The notes beneath the pieces were generated by a model. That model was not told where the DNA came from. It did no database searches and saw nothing but the letters and a program-made list of their open reading frames with translations. From positions 147,785 to 211,784 of the IMG/VR virus record IMGVR_UViG_3300044633_003049: a stretch of DNA of 64,000 bases; one strand, given 5' to 3'. This document shows, in pieces, positions 20,183 through 30,600 of this stretch (the first letter of the stretch is position 1; every line of letters starts with the position of its first letter). The translations under genes were made by a program, and so were the position numbers.

Positions 20183-20554
20183 TTATTCTAATGTTAATAG
20201 ATATTGTAGTTTATTTACTTCACCTAAGATTTCGTCCCTTATGTTCATAAGATTAGTATCTGTAGATTCAAATTCTTCTGTAAATTGAATTAAAGCGTCT
20301 TTAGTTGTTTTTAACATTCCTTTAAGGTCAAGTTCCGCTAAGTTCTGTAAATTGATTGTTTTACTTTCATCATCTAAAACGAATCTACCGTATTTTCCCA
20401 TTGACTCTTCAACAAACCTATCAATTAAATCTCCTAATGCATCATATATTCCACCAAATGCATTATGTCTTGAGAACTCTTTAGTTTGCCAATGATTAAT
20501 CCTGAATTGTACTTGAACCTCCAAGAGGAACTTTACTTTAGTAGCTATATTCAT
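20183..20554 (-). CDS. Ferritin/Dps-like four-helix protein (DUF5856-like)
   Basis: HWQT..FSRHNAFGGIYDALGDLIDRFVE and NIRDEILGEVNKLQYLLTL. Confidence 0.65.
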   Translation of the reverse strand: MNIATKVKFLLEVQVQFRINHWQTKEFSRHNAFGGIYDALGDLIDRFVEESMGKYGRFVLDDESKTINLQNLAELDLKGMLKTTKDALIQFTEEFESTDTNLMNIRDEILGEVNKLQYLLTLE

Positions 20555-21194
20555 CTTTCTCTTCTTCTGGGTTAAACGATGCCTTTATTGTTGGGTTATA
20601 ATTTTCAACATCATCTTTAGTTAAAATGTATTCATTTTTTCCACTAGCTCTCATTTCACCTTGTTTGTGGTCAAAAAATTCTGCTGGTTTTTCATTAAAT
20701 GGGTATGAATCTAAAGAACGCATTTCTAATTTCTCAACAGGAGTTTCAGGTTTGATTTGTTGAACCTCAACACCTAATTGGTCAATTTTAGCCATTACTT
20801 GATCCATTTGAGCAAGTTTTTGTTCTAACTCACCTAATTTACTAAACACATCATCCATTTTATTAACAATAGTACCGTGGTCTTGTTGTTTATTCTCTAA
20901 ATCTCTCTTTATACTTTTAGTCATGTCAACTAAATCTGTAATATCAATTTCTTCCGTACTGTCCATTTCAGGTGATGGTGGAGTGTCCATAGACATATCA
21001 GCATCAGGTGTTGGTGGTAAATCCGTAGGAACGTCGCCAGCCGGTGGTGGAGGAGGAACATCCGTAGGTGCCGCAGCATCTGGTGCTGGTGGAACATCTG
21101 TAGGAGGTACGTCTTGCTCCATTATCATCGTTTTACCATATTTGTTAATGGCTTTGTAACGATTTAATTCTTCTTGTAGTTTTTGCTCTAACAT
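20538..21194 (-). CDS. Hypothetical protein with Pro/Asp-rich linker and coiled coil (putative head-internal protein)
   Basis: N-terminal KLQEELNRYK motif; DVPP repeats. Confidence 0.65.
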   Translation of the reverse strand: MLEQKLQEELNRYKAINKYGKTMIMEQDVPPTDVPPAPDAAAPTDVPPPPPAGDVPTDLPPTPDADMSMDTPPSPEMDSTEEIDITDLVDMTKSIKRDLENKQQDHGTIVNKMDDVFSKLGELEQKLAQMDQVMAKIDQLGVEVQQIKPETPVEKLEMRSLDSYPFNEKPAEFFDHKQGEMRASGKNEYILTKDDVENYNPTIKASFNPEEEKDEYSY

Positions 21195-21198
21195 AGTA

Positions 21199-21402
21199 TT
21201 AATCTTGTAATAATTGTCTACCGTCGTTTGTGACGTATTTTTTATTTATTCTTTCAACGATTCCGTCTTTTTCTCTGATTGTATAACATTCTCCAGTCAT
21301 CAAATCACATTCTTCTCTTTCCATTCCGTCTTGAGAAACTCTCTTAACATTCTTTGGAGTTAAGAATTGATCTACCGTATTATTTAATTTATTATTTTCC
21401 AT
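21199..21402 (-). CDS. Hypothetical protein
   Basis: 67-aa ORF with upstream TATTTAT motif. Confidence 0.6.
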   Translation of the reverse strand: MENNKLNNTVDQFLTPKNVKRVSQDGMEREECDLMTGECYTIREKDGIVERINKKYVTNDGRQLLQD

Positions 21403-21450
21403 AATATTTCTTTTATTAATATAAATATCCTAAATATTGTTATTATTCAA

Positions 21451-24400
21451 TTATTTGTATAAAGGAAGGTCATCATCTCTAAAATACACCACGTCACCGT
21501 CTTTTAAACCTAATGCTATCATTAATTTTTTAGACAATGCAACGCCATAACCTGCAACTGATGGCCCAACACTAATCGGACCTGTTAGGTTATCAATACG
21601 CATTTCTGATTCACTAATTGGGGGTACGGTTACCGTTTTTCCGTTTTCAGGGTTTTTAAATAACGTTGATGTAGATATGATTCTATTAGGTGTTATTTTA
21701 TTAGATAAGAACTTTGTGGAATAGAATAATTTACTATTTGATACAGTTTTAACTGACTCCCATAGTAATGGTAATGGTTTTATTTTTAATGTATTAAGTT
21801 GGTTATTTCCGTATCTATCGACACCATTTAATAAACTCATTTCTATTTTATCATCCAACGGATTTTTTGTACCTCCCATTTCAACCGCAATTGCTCTTAA
21901 CCATATTCCACTATTACTTACTTGTTGAATGTACTTCTCATCTTCAAATCCATTATATGGAATACCAAAACTACTAATACCTGTTTTATATATTAATGTT
22001 TCACCATTAATACTTTTACCTCCGTTATCAACAGTAACGGATCCGATATCTGTTTGTATTGATTTTTCGTTTTTATTAGAACCTATTAAACTATCAGCTT
22101 GTTTTACTTTAGCCACCGCACTGTTTGTTATTTTATCAAAATAAACCCTATAACTTGAGAAGAACGAATCTTTAGGGTCAGGTAACGATGCGTATGGTAT
22201 TCTTGTTCCTTTAAATGAAGTACTGATTTTATTTCCTTGAATGCTATGTGATACTTCGGTAATCCAATATGAACCTCTAAACATTGGTACATTCTTTAAA
22301 TAGAAAAACATTGTTGGTTGAATCATCACATTACCCATACATGAAACTTCACAGGTATATGAAGCTTGTCTATAAACATCAAATAAACCGATATCAACAT
22401 TATATGTTGCACCACCACTTTCAGAACGTCCCATATTTTCATATACGGCGAACGATTCACTTGTATTTCTAATTGAGTTTTGATCAAGTTTTACTCCTTT
22501 GAATATTCCTTGATTTTGGTCACCAATACTAACTTCAAATGCAACAACTTTATTAGATTTACTTAAATCTCCAGTTTTGAAAACTTCAGGTATGGTAATT
22601 GATAGGGGTCCACCTTGTCCATTAAATAAATTACCACTATCATTTTTAAATTTGTATTTTTCACTAATGTCAGATAATTCCAAATGTTTTGATGTTGGTC
22701 CCGTATATTGAAGAACTATCTTTGGTGCGGATTCTTGGTAATCAACTTCTAAAAATGTTCCAAATATATTTTTAGCAACTTGTTTTGATGAAGTTACTTT
22801 AGATTTATTTGTAAAGTTAGTTCCGTTAAAGTTTACATATGCAGGTAATGCCCTCATATCAAATCCAGTTCCTGAAATTAACATACCAATAACACTATAC
22901 AAATCTACGTTGTCATTTTTAGGGTCTTCTAATGCTATAAGTTTATCTAATGAAATGTAAGCTTGACTACCAATATCTTTATTGGCTTTATCAATAAATA
23001 AAAACTCTTCCAATAGTCCTCTTTGACCTATGGAATTTCCAGACGACCATTTATCATTAAACGACTTAAAGTGATTGTATAATTCCAATTTACCTAATAA
23101 ATCGTTATAACCATTTGTAATTGTTAATTTATTATTGGAAGTTCCTTTTGACACAAAATCAGGAGATTTAATTTTATCAATAATTTGTTGTAGATATATG
23201 TTAAATCTATATTCAAATTCAGTTAATACATTATCCTTTATATATGTTTGGAATCCAATTTTAGTGGTGAATTTATCTCCATATCCACCAGCAAAAATTA
23301 AAATTAAAGGTCTAAATAATTTGATATTATCTTCACTTAATATTATATTATTTGTGATAAAAAATTGTTTATATTTTAAATCTAAATCTTCACCGACATA
23401 TATTTTAATGTAATCTTCGGTTCCAGGAATCCAATTACCATCAATATATTGACCTGAAGTATATTGTGATTGATTGTATTCATTATATGTAAACGTGTTA
23501 CCTGTTGAAAATTTTGTAAATCCATCCCAAACATATAATTTAATTTCTTTAGGATTTCCTAATGTAATTTTAATTAAATTATCATTAGTTAAAATATCAT
23601 TTGTAATTGTTTTTAGATTATCTTCTTGTATTGTTCTAATTGAACTATACACGTCTTTTGTTGAGTCAATTTTAGTACTGTCAACAGTAACGATTGATTT
23701 TAAAAGATTTTGAAAATTATCATATCTAATATAATGTCTATGTCCTGATGATGTTTCAATATAATCGGGGAATATTTTTCTTTCAACCTCAACATTTACT
23801 CTTTCAGATGCAAACTCTATAAAATACGTTTCAAATAAATCTAAAATATCAGGACTAAAGGTTCCAATTAAATCAATTACTTTTCTTTTATTTTCACTAA
23901 CTGAATAATGATTATCTAAATTTCTATCATCAATATTTAAACTTCTATTATATTCGTATGGTGTGTTAAATGTTTTTCCACTAAAAGATTCACCATTTGT
24001 ATTTTCATCTTCGTACCAAACAACTCTGAAATTAGATTGTTCACCTTGATTAAAGTCGATAATATCAATTTCAATATTATTTATTAAATCAACATAAAAA
24101 TCGTTATATGTATTTAGATATTCTTGTTTGTTAGACCCATCACAAGGTAATAATGTATAATAGGTACTACCAGTTAATATTTTAGAATTATCCACATATG
24201 ATGTCCAATAATTTATTCCATCATTTATTTTATTTGTTCTACTTCTACCAACATATGTGCTCCCACTTACTGAACTATAGAAACTATCTGTACTTCCCGT
24301 TGAAAAATTAAAATAACTATACCCATTAACAACATTGTGAAATACATTGTCATAATATGGGTGTAACCCAATATTGGTTTTTCCACTATATGTTACAACA

Positions 24401-27294
24401 TTTGTAATTTCTGAGTTAGTTGGATAAAATAGATTACCATTAAAATCAAAAAACGTACTTCCTACAATTGGAGTCGTTACTCCTGATAATATATCAACGT
24501 TATCTAAAATTTGTCTTTTATACCTATGATATAATGACCCCCATTTTAACATCAAATGATACGGAACGTAATGTGTTCCTCCAACTTCTTTAAACATTGA
24601 AGACATATTAACCGAATTTCCACTAAATGTTAACGTATCTTCTAAATCTTTGAATGGTAATGAGTTCAATAACAAATATGCTGAACCAATATATTTTCCA
24701 TTTGATGTTTGTATTAAAAAGTCATCATTCAATTGTTTATGGAAATAAGGGGTATTGAGTATGTTAATTTTTGAATCTCCTATTTCTAATTTTTGACTAA
24801 ATAAATTTGTTGTGTAATCACTTTTAACCCATGATTGGGGTTCTAATGGTGTACAAATAAATCCTGATTTTGTATCAATCTGAAATATATTTGTGAACTT
24901 CAAACTGTCATCAAAAGATGTTTTATTTAAATAACTTAAGTACTCGGTAGAATTAAATGGATAAATGTTTTTTCTATAATCTTCAATTTTATAATCTTCA
25001 AGTAATTTTTTTAAACTACCAAATGAACTTGATTTATCCGTTTTAAACTCATTACCGTAAGATTGTTTTATTTCAAATGGTGTTTCTATAACATCTTTTA
25101 TGTATTGTACCGTATCTAAATTGTCTAAATAATATGGGAACCTTTCCAATGGTGAAAATGATAAAAGATAATTTTTTAATATATCTATTGTGGACACTCC
25201 TTTAATTAAATTAATTAAATCATAATCTTCATTAAATGAAAATCTAATATTTTCAAATTCAATGTTAGCTAAATCTTGTAATGTTTTAGGGTTATTAAAT
25301 GTATCAAATAATGTGGCGTTTTTTGCCCTCTCATATATCTCATAAAAAATATTTGATATTGATTTATCATTATATGGTAACCTAAAAGATAAATTTAATA
25401 AATTTGAGGTTGGTGTGTAATTTTTTTCATCAACATTAGATTCAAAAACAAAACTCACGTTACCTACACCTCCTTCTTTTTCGGCCAATGTGTCTAATCT
25501 TTTAGTGGATACTCCGACATAGTTTTCAATAAAATCAATTTCAGGCCAAAGTGTTTTATTATCTGATCTTAATTTTTTCTGTAGGTCAGGGTCTCCAGGA
25601 TATGCCAATACTTTTCTCTTATCTGAACCAGTTTGTTTTTTAATTTCGGGCCAAGGATATATGTTATCACCACCAGGCGCTTCGTCAACTAAACCATTTA
25701 AAATATTCTTTCTTTGTGCTGATACGTCAAAAGCTGACTTGTGTACGTCTTTCATTAAACGAATATAAACATCGGCGTTAGCCAAGATAACCGCAAAAAT
25801 ATTTCTAATTGTAGGGTCAAATCCAATACCTATACCATTATTTGGGTCTTTTATAATGGTATTCATTTTTTCTTCTACACTTTTTTGTAACTTATCTCTT
25901 TCTTTTACAAATGATGATTGAATTTCGTATATGTCAGATAATATTAAATTTTTTGCAATAACATATTGTGATTCAAATGGTTTATAATATTGATTGATTT
26001 TTTTAATATTAGTAATTAAATTAAATGTTTCTTTTTTGAAATCTACATTAATTGATTTAACACCATTTTTGTCCTTTTTTATTAAATCGTCGGTAAAGAT
26101 TTGAATTTCTTTTAACTCCTTTTGATAATTTATTATTAAGTATTCTAAAGTATTTGTACCTGTTCCTGTTATTTTTTCTAATGTATTTTTTTCTTTTGCT
26201 TGACCTTTTAATTTGAAATAAACTGTATCCGTGTCGGTAAAATTAACAACTTCATCTGTTAAATTAATATTAGACCATGCTGTAATTGAATTTTCAAAAT
26301 CAATTATTTTTTTCTCAAACTCTTTAACTCCATTAAATAATTTAAAATCAACAACTTGGTCAAAAATAGTTCTTTCTAAAATTTTGTCTAAACTTTTAGC
26401 AATTGCAATAACTTCCCTAAGTGTTTTAACTGGAAAATCTTTTGGTAATAATCCTTTGGCCTTATATTCATCGTAAACGGTTTTAAGTATTGAATACCCT
26501 TTTGATGATTTTTTAACTCTTTTCTCGTTTATACCAGTTTTATTATTAAATTTTATTTCACTATCACTTTCAATGTAATACATATACGGGGCGTTTAACA
26601 TACCCGATAGTGGAATATCATTTAAATATGCATATGTTGAACCGACAAACGTACATGTTATATCAAAATTTCCATTTGATTCGTTATATCTAGATGTAAA
26701 ATTTGTCATATGTAAACGATATCTTATCGCCTTACCATAATAACCCTTAACCGTTAAATAATATATCGGCCACGGTAAATGAAAGAATGCTTTATATGGT
26801 GAATCTTTAGGTGATTCAAATAATGTTTTACCTCTAACATCAACAAAATTTATTGTGATTTGAGGGATAAAATTAGCACCTTTAATTGCAATGTTAATAC
26901 TATCAATACCAAAAGATTGTCCTGAAGAATCTGATTGTTCAAATTCACCAGTAAACTCTCCTGTTTTATTGTTTTTTACTTCTTCTGAATTTAAAAATGA
27001 ATCTGTCCATGATGTATCAAAATCCTGACCATTTTGATTTCTAAGGAAATTCAAAGTTCCTTTAGCAATTGAAGACAACGAACCAACTATGTTTTGTCCT
27101 CCTGACGCTGTTAATATTGATCTTGGTACTAAGTCCGCCTCTAAATTAACGTACATCACAAAATTTTCAGGAATTACACCTCTAGTTTCAACGGTATTTC
27201 CGTTGACAATACTATTAGGGTCAATATATATTAGGTTATTTTCATCAACCTTAACTAATATATTTTCACTACCATTTAAATTATTGTTCGCCAT
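21451..27294 (-). CDS. Giant baseplate hub protein (gp27/gpD/VgrG-like elements)
   Basis: 1947 aa; C-terminal MGNVMIQP...GSYWITEVSHSI...STSFKGTR hub-type barrel motif; downstream of a LysM/gp53-like gene. Confidence 0.6.
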   Translation of the reverse strand: MANNNLNGSENILVKVDENNLIYIDPNSIVNGNTVETRGVIPENFVMYVNLEADLVPRSILTASGGQNIVGSLSSIAKGTLNFLRNQNGQDFDTSWTDSFLNSEEVKNNKTGEFTGEFEQSDSSGQSFGIDSINIAIKGANFIPQITINFVDVRGKTLFESPKDSPYKAFFHLPWPIYYLTVKGYYGKAIRYRLHMTNFTSRYNESNGNFDITCTFVGSTYAYLNDIPLSGMLNAPYMYYIESDSEIKFNNKTGINEKRVKKSSKGYSILKTVYDEYKAKGLLPKDFPVKTLREVIAIAKSLDKILERTIFDQVVDFKLFNGVKEFEKKIIDFENSITAWSNINLTDEVVNFTDTDTVYFKLKGQAKEKNTLEKITGTGTNTLEYLIINYQKELKEIQIFTDDLIKKDKNGVKSINVDFKKETFNLITNIKKINQYYKPFESQYVIAKNLILSDIYEIQSSFVKERDKLQKSVEEKMNTIIKDPNNGIGIGFDPTIRNIFAVILANADVYIRLMKDVHKSAFDVSAQRKNILNGLVDEAPGGDNIYPWPEIKKQTGSDKRKVLAYPGDPDLQKKLRSDNKTLWPEIDFIENYVGVSTKRLDTLAEKEGGVGNVSFVFESNVDEKNYTPTSNLLNLSFRLPYNDKSISNIFYEIYERAKNATLFDTFNNPKTLQDLANIEFENIRFSFNEDYDLINLIKGVSTIDILKNYLLSFSPLERFPYYLDNLDTVQYIKDVIETPFEIKQSYGNEFKTDKSSSFGSLKKLLEDYKIEDYRKNIYPFNSTEYLSYLNKTSFDDSLKFTNIFQIDTKSGFICTPLEPQSWVKSDYTTNLFSQKLEIGDSKINILNTPYFHKQLNDDFLIQTSNGKYIGSAYLLLNSLPFKDLEDTLTFSGNSVNMSSMFKEVGGTHYVPYHLMLKWGSLYHRYKRQILDNVDILSGVTTPIVGSTFFDFNGNLFYPTNSEITNVVTYSGKTNIGLHPYYDNVFHNVVNGYSYFNFSTGSTDSFYSSVSGSTYVGRSRTNKINDGINYWTSYVDNSKILTGSTYYTLLPCDGSNKQEYLNTYNDFYVDLINNIEIDIIDFNQGEQSNFRVVWYEDENTNGESFSGKTFNTPYEYNRSLNIDDRNLDNHYSVSENKRKVIDLIGTFSPDILDLFETYFIEFASERVNVEVERKIFPDYIETSSGHRHYIRYDNFQNLLKSIVTVDSTKIDSTKDVYSSIRTIQEDNLKTITNDILTNDNLIKITLGNPKEIKLYVWDGFTKFSTGNTFTYNEYNQSQYTSGQYIDGNWIPGTEDYIKIYVGEDLDLKYKQFFITNNIILSEDNIKLFRPLILIFAGGYGDKFTTKIGFQTYIKDNVLTEFEYRFNIYLQQIIDKIKSPDFVSKGTSNNKLTITNGYNDLLGKLELYNHFKSFNDKWSSGNSIGQRGLLEEFLFIDKANKDIGSQAYISLDKLIALEDPKNDNVDLYSVIGMLISGTGFDMRALPAYVNFNGTNFTNKSKVTSSKQVAKNIFGTFLEVDYQESAPKIVLQYTGPTSKHLELSDISEKYKFKNDSGNLFNGQGGPLSITIPEVFKTGDLSKSNKVVAFEVSIGDQNQGIFKGVKLDQNSIRNTSESFAVYENMGRSESGGATYNVDIGLFDVYRQASYTCEVSCMGNVMIQPTMFFYLKNVPMFRGSYWITEVSHSIQGNKISTSFKGTRIPYASLPDPKDSFFSSYRVYFDKITNSAVAKVKQADSLIGSNKNEKSIQTDIGSVTVDNGGKSINGETLIYKTGISSFGIPYNGFEDEKYIQQVSNSGIWLRAIAVEMGGTKNPLDDKIEMSLLNGVDRYGNNQLNTLKIKPLPLLWESVKTVSNSKLFYSTKFLSNKITPNRIISTSTLFKNPENGKTVTVPPISESEMRIDNLTGPISVGPSVAGYGVALSKKLMIALGLKDGDVVYFRDDDLPLYK

Positions 27295-27607
27295 AATATA
27301 AGTTATACAATTCTACGCCGTTTTTATAATCTTGTAAAGAGGTTACCAAAGGAAACGGTACCCTTATATAAGAATTATCTGGTATTTCAAATTCAATACT
27401 ACCCACGGATGGGTTTGCTGATAATATTAACCAACCAAACATTGGTGAGTTGTAATATTCTTGTGATAAAATATCTAATCTATGTTTTCCTTTTTTATAT
27501 TGGAAAAATTTATCTGTTGATTTAATTGGTATTTCTATTCCAGGGACAATTCTAAATTTTCCGTCGGTAATATAATCTTGGTATCTATTGTAATAATTTC
27601 TACTCAT
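27281..27607 (-). CDS. Baseplate protein with LysM-like domain (gp53/gpX-like)
   Basis: RLDILSQEYYNSPMFGWLILSANP...IPDNSYIRVP. Confidence 0.75.
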   Translation of the reverse strand: MSRNYYNRYQDYITDGKFRIVPGIEIPIKSTDKFFQYKKGKHRLDILSQEYYNSPMFGWLILSANPSVGSIEFEIPDNSYIRVPFPLVTSLQDYKNGVELYNLYYGEQ

Positions 27608-30600
27608 TATTTATAAAAATTTAAAGTGGTTCCAAGGTTATTTTTTGATGAGAATATTTTAAATATATCATCTGATTTTGTTAAATCTGAAACCTCACTA
27701 GATGGTGAAGTTTCATATTCTATTGGTGTTTCATTACTTCTAATAGGTGCAACATCAATTGTTAATGTTGTTTTATTATTTGTGTTAACAAATAAATCAA
27801 ATTTTTCATAAAAATTTTGTGTGGTATATTGTAACAATTCATCACCAATCCAACGATTAACAAGTGGGTCCACAATATCTGATTTATGTCCAATTAGGAA
27901 TACTTGTAATATTGATTTAATATCTTCATTTGAAATTGTTGCAGATTCAAGATATACTGTGTTAAAATCAATTGATGAGTTAAATAATGAAGTAGTTTTT
28001 AAATCAAAACTTCTTAAATAATCAATAACTACATTGTAGTTTGATGTGAATCCTGATTGATTAAATCCCGTTAAAGGTGTTTTTACCAATGTTGTTTCAA
28101 CAATTTTAGTGTCTCCTGAATATATTGCAATGTAGTTTAATTTATCTATTATTGATACAGTTTCATTTCTCGATGTTTCAACTTCTTTTATTGATTTTAA
28201 TGTTGAAAATTCATCAATAATGTCAGATACTATTTTATTAATAATAGGTTTAATTATATCTTCCGCCTCTTTTGATACATCCTCACCACCCATTTCAAAC
28301 CCTAACATATCCATAAGTTCTTTAGTTGGTAATGTTGTGATTGAATATGTTAATGTGTTTTTAAATGCGTTAGAATAAAAAGATAAATTATTATTTCCAC
28401 TATATTCTCCTAACATATTAATAACATCACCTTCTTCAATATTAATATTTAACTCATTAATTGTTCTATAATCTGGTGAGAAAAATAATCCAACTACTTT
28501 AGGACCATATTTTTCATAAATTGATTCATATGTAGATTTATATTTTTTAGTATAGTTATCCGCTAATTTATATAATTCATTTATTAAGGTTGTGTATACT
28601 AATTTAGTACCACTACCAACACCAATATATGTGCCTTGTACTATTTTATTCGGGTCCGTCGAAACTGATGGGGTTTTTGCTATGTCAATATTATTTAATG
28701 TTTGTAAAAATTCTTTTGTGAACTTTTCTCTATTCTCATATCCAATTCTACCATCAGTTGGTATTGACCTTTCATCATACATTTCTGTATTTGCAAAGAA
28801 ATTAGACGATAACGCATTTTGTAATTTTTCAACAGGTCTATCTAATCCTTGTCCTCCAATAAAATTAACTTGTAACTGAACGTTAGCAATCATTGGTTGT
28901 ACACCAATACCTTCAGGATTAAAATCCCAAACACCTTCTTCATATGTTATATTAATGTCTTTAATAATAATTTTTGAATGGTAGAAATCACCAATTCTCA
29001 ATACACAAATTGGTGGTGGTCCAAAGGTTGTGTTTCTTGCACCAATATCATTATTATCTGAAAGTCCTTTAATTGGTATGGTATCACCAGGTCTTAAACA
29101 TTGTAATAAAAATGTTAATCTACTATTCAAACCTTCTGGTGTTGTTGAGTGAAAAGATGGGTGAAAATATTTTAATTTTTCTGTTAAAGATTTAAATGCT
29201 ACCGGTGAGTCCTCCTCTAATTTTTTAAAATAAAAACACTCCGATAATGTTTTCATTATAATTCTTTTCATAACATCTATCGATGGTTTCTTTTTTGTAA
29301 TGTCTACCGTATCCCTTGAAACTACTAATTTTAGAGGTGGAATGTTAATCTTTTGTACTGTTTTTTCACCCGCACTTTTTGTATATTTAATTTTTACTTT
29401 ACCCTCTCTACAATAAAATGCCGTTGGTGAATATACCTTTAATAATGTATTTGTAAATGGTTTAGAACAATCAACATTTGTTTCTCCTCCAGCATTATCT
29501 AACACATAACTTTCACCAAATGTACTAACATTAAATTTTATTTGTCCATCCACATCATAACCAAAATCTTTAAAACTTTTTGTAATTGGTAAAGTGTTAA
29601 ATCGTAAACCATCCTTTACAAATGGGTCAAGTTTAAGTTGGTCGAACCAAACTAAACTTGGTGGGTTATTATTTTTAGTTATATAACCAATAATGTATTT
29701 TAGTAATGAATGTATTCTTCTTATACCTAAATAGAAATTTTTATTTTCATCTCCCGCTTCAGATGTTGTAGTTAAAATTTGAATTTCAGCATCTCCAACA
29801 ATAGTTTTACCTGATAAAACCGTTTTTAAATCATCTAATTGTTTATTTAATTCGGTAAAATTTACACCTAACTCGGTGAATCCACTTGTTATTTTACCAG
29901 TTATTTCGGTGATAACACTTGGAGTTGATGTTGATCCGGTACTTCCTATTAGTAAAAGTTTATCTGATGAATTTAACGAACTATTCATTGCTGTCGTTAA
30001 ATTAGTGACACATGTACCTGACGTTCCACTATAAGATGTGATTTGTGAACCGTAATCTCCATCTGAAATTGTTAATGAATTTCCTTGTTTACTTGGTATG
30101 TCATTTTCAAAATAAAATGAATTTTTTATATTATACTCTATATTTGTAAATTTATTATTATCAGTATCTCCATTGTCGGCTGGTAATGGTTCACTGGTAA
30201 ATTTAATATTAGTTATTGCCTGTTTTTCAATTCCAGCATTAAGATATTGTTGGATTAAATCTCTATCGTTTTGGTCTAAAGTGGTGTATGTTTGTATTAA
30301 AGAATAGAAGTCAACATCTTGTGCACCAGCGAAAAACGCATTTATATAGTTATCTGATTCTTCATCTGACATTCCTTTGAAATGTTCTCTAACCAATAAA
30401 TTCATAATACTTGGGTGGTCAACAACTACTTTAAATGAAACTTGTCCGGTTCTTTCGGTATTTTGATATGTGTAAATCGGTTCGGGTCTTCCAATAAAAG
30501 AATTCTTTTCCCAACTTGCACTATTTTGTTCTGACATTTTTAAATCATATGGTGGAAACCACATGACTCTTCCTCCGTTATTACCTCTTTCACATGCTGG

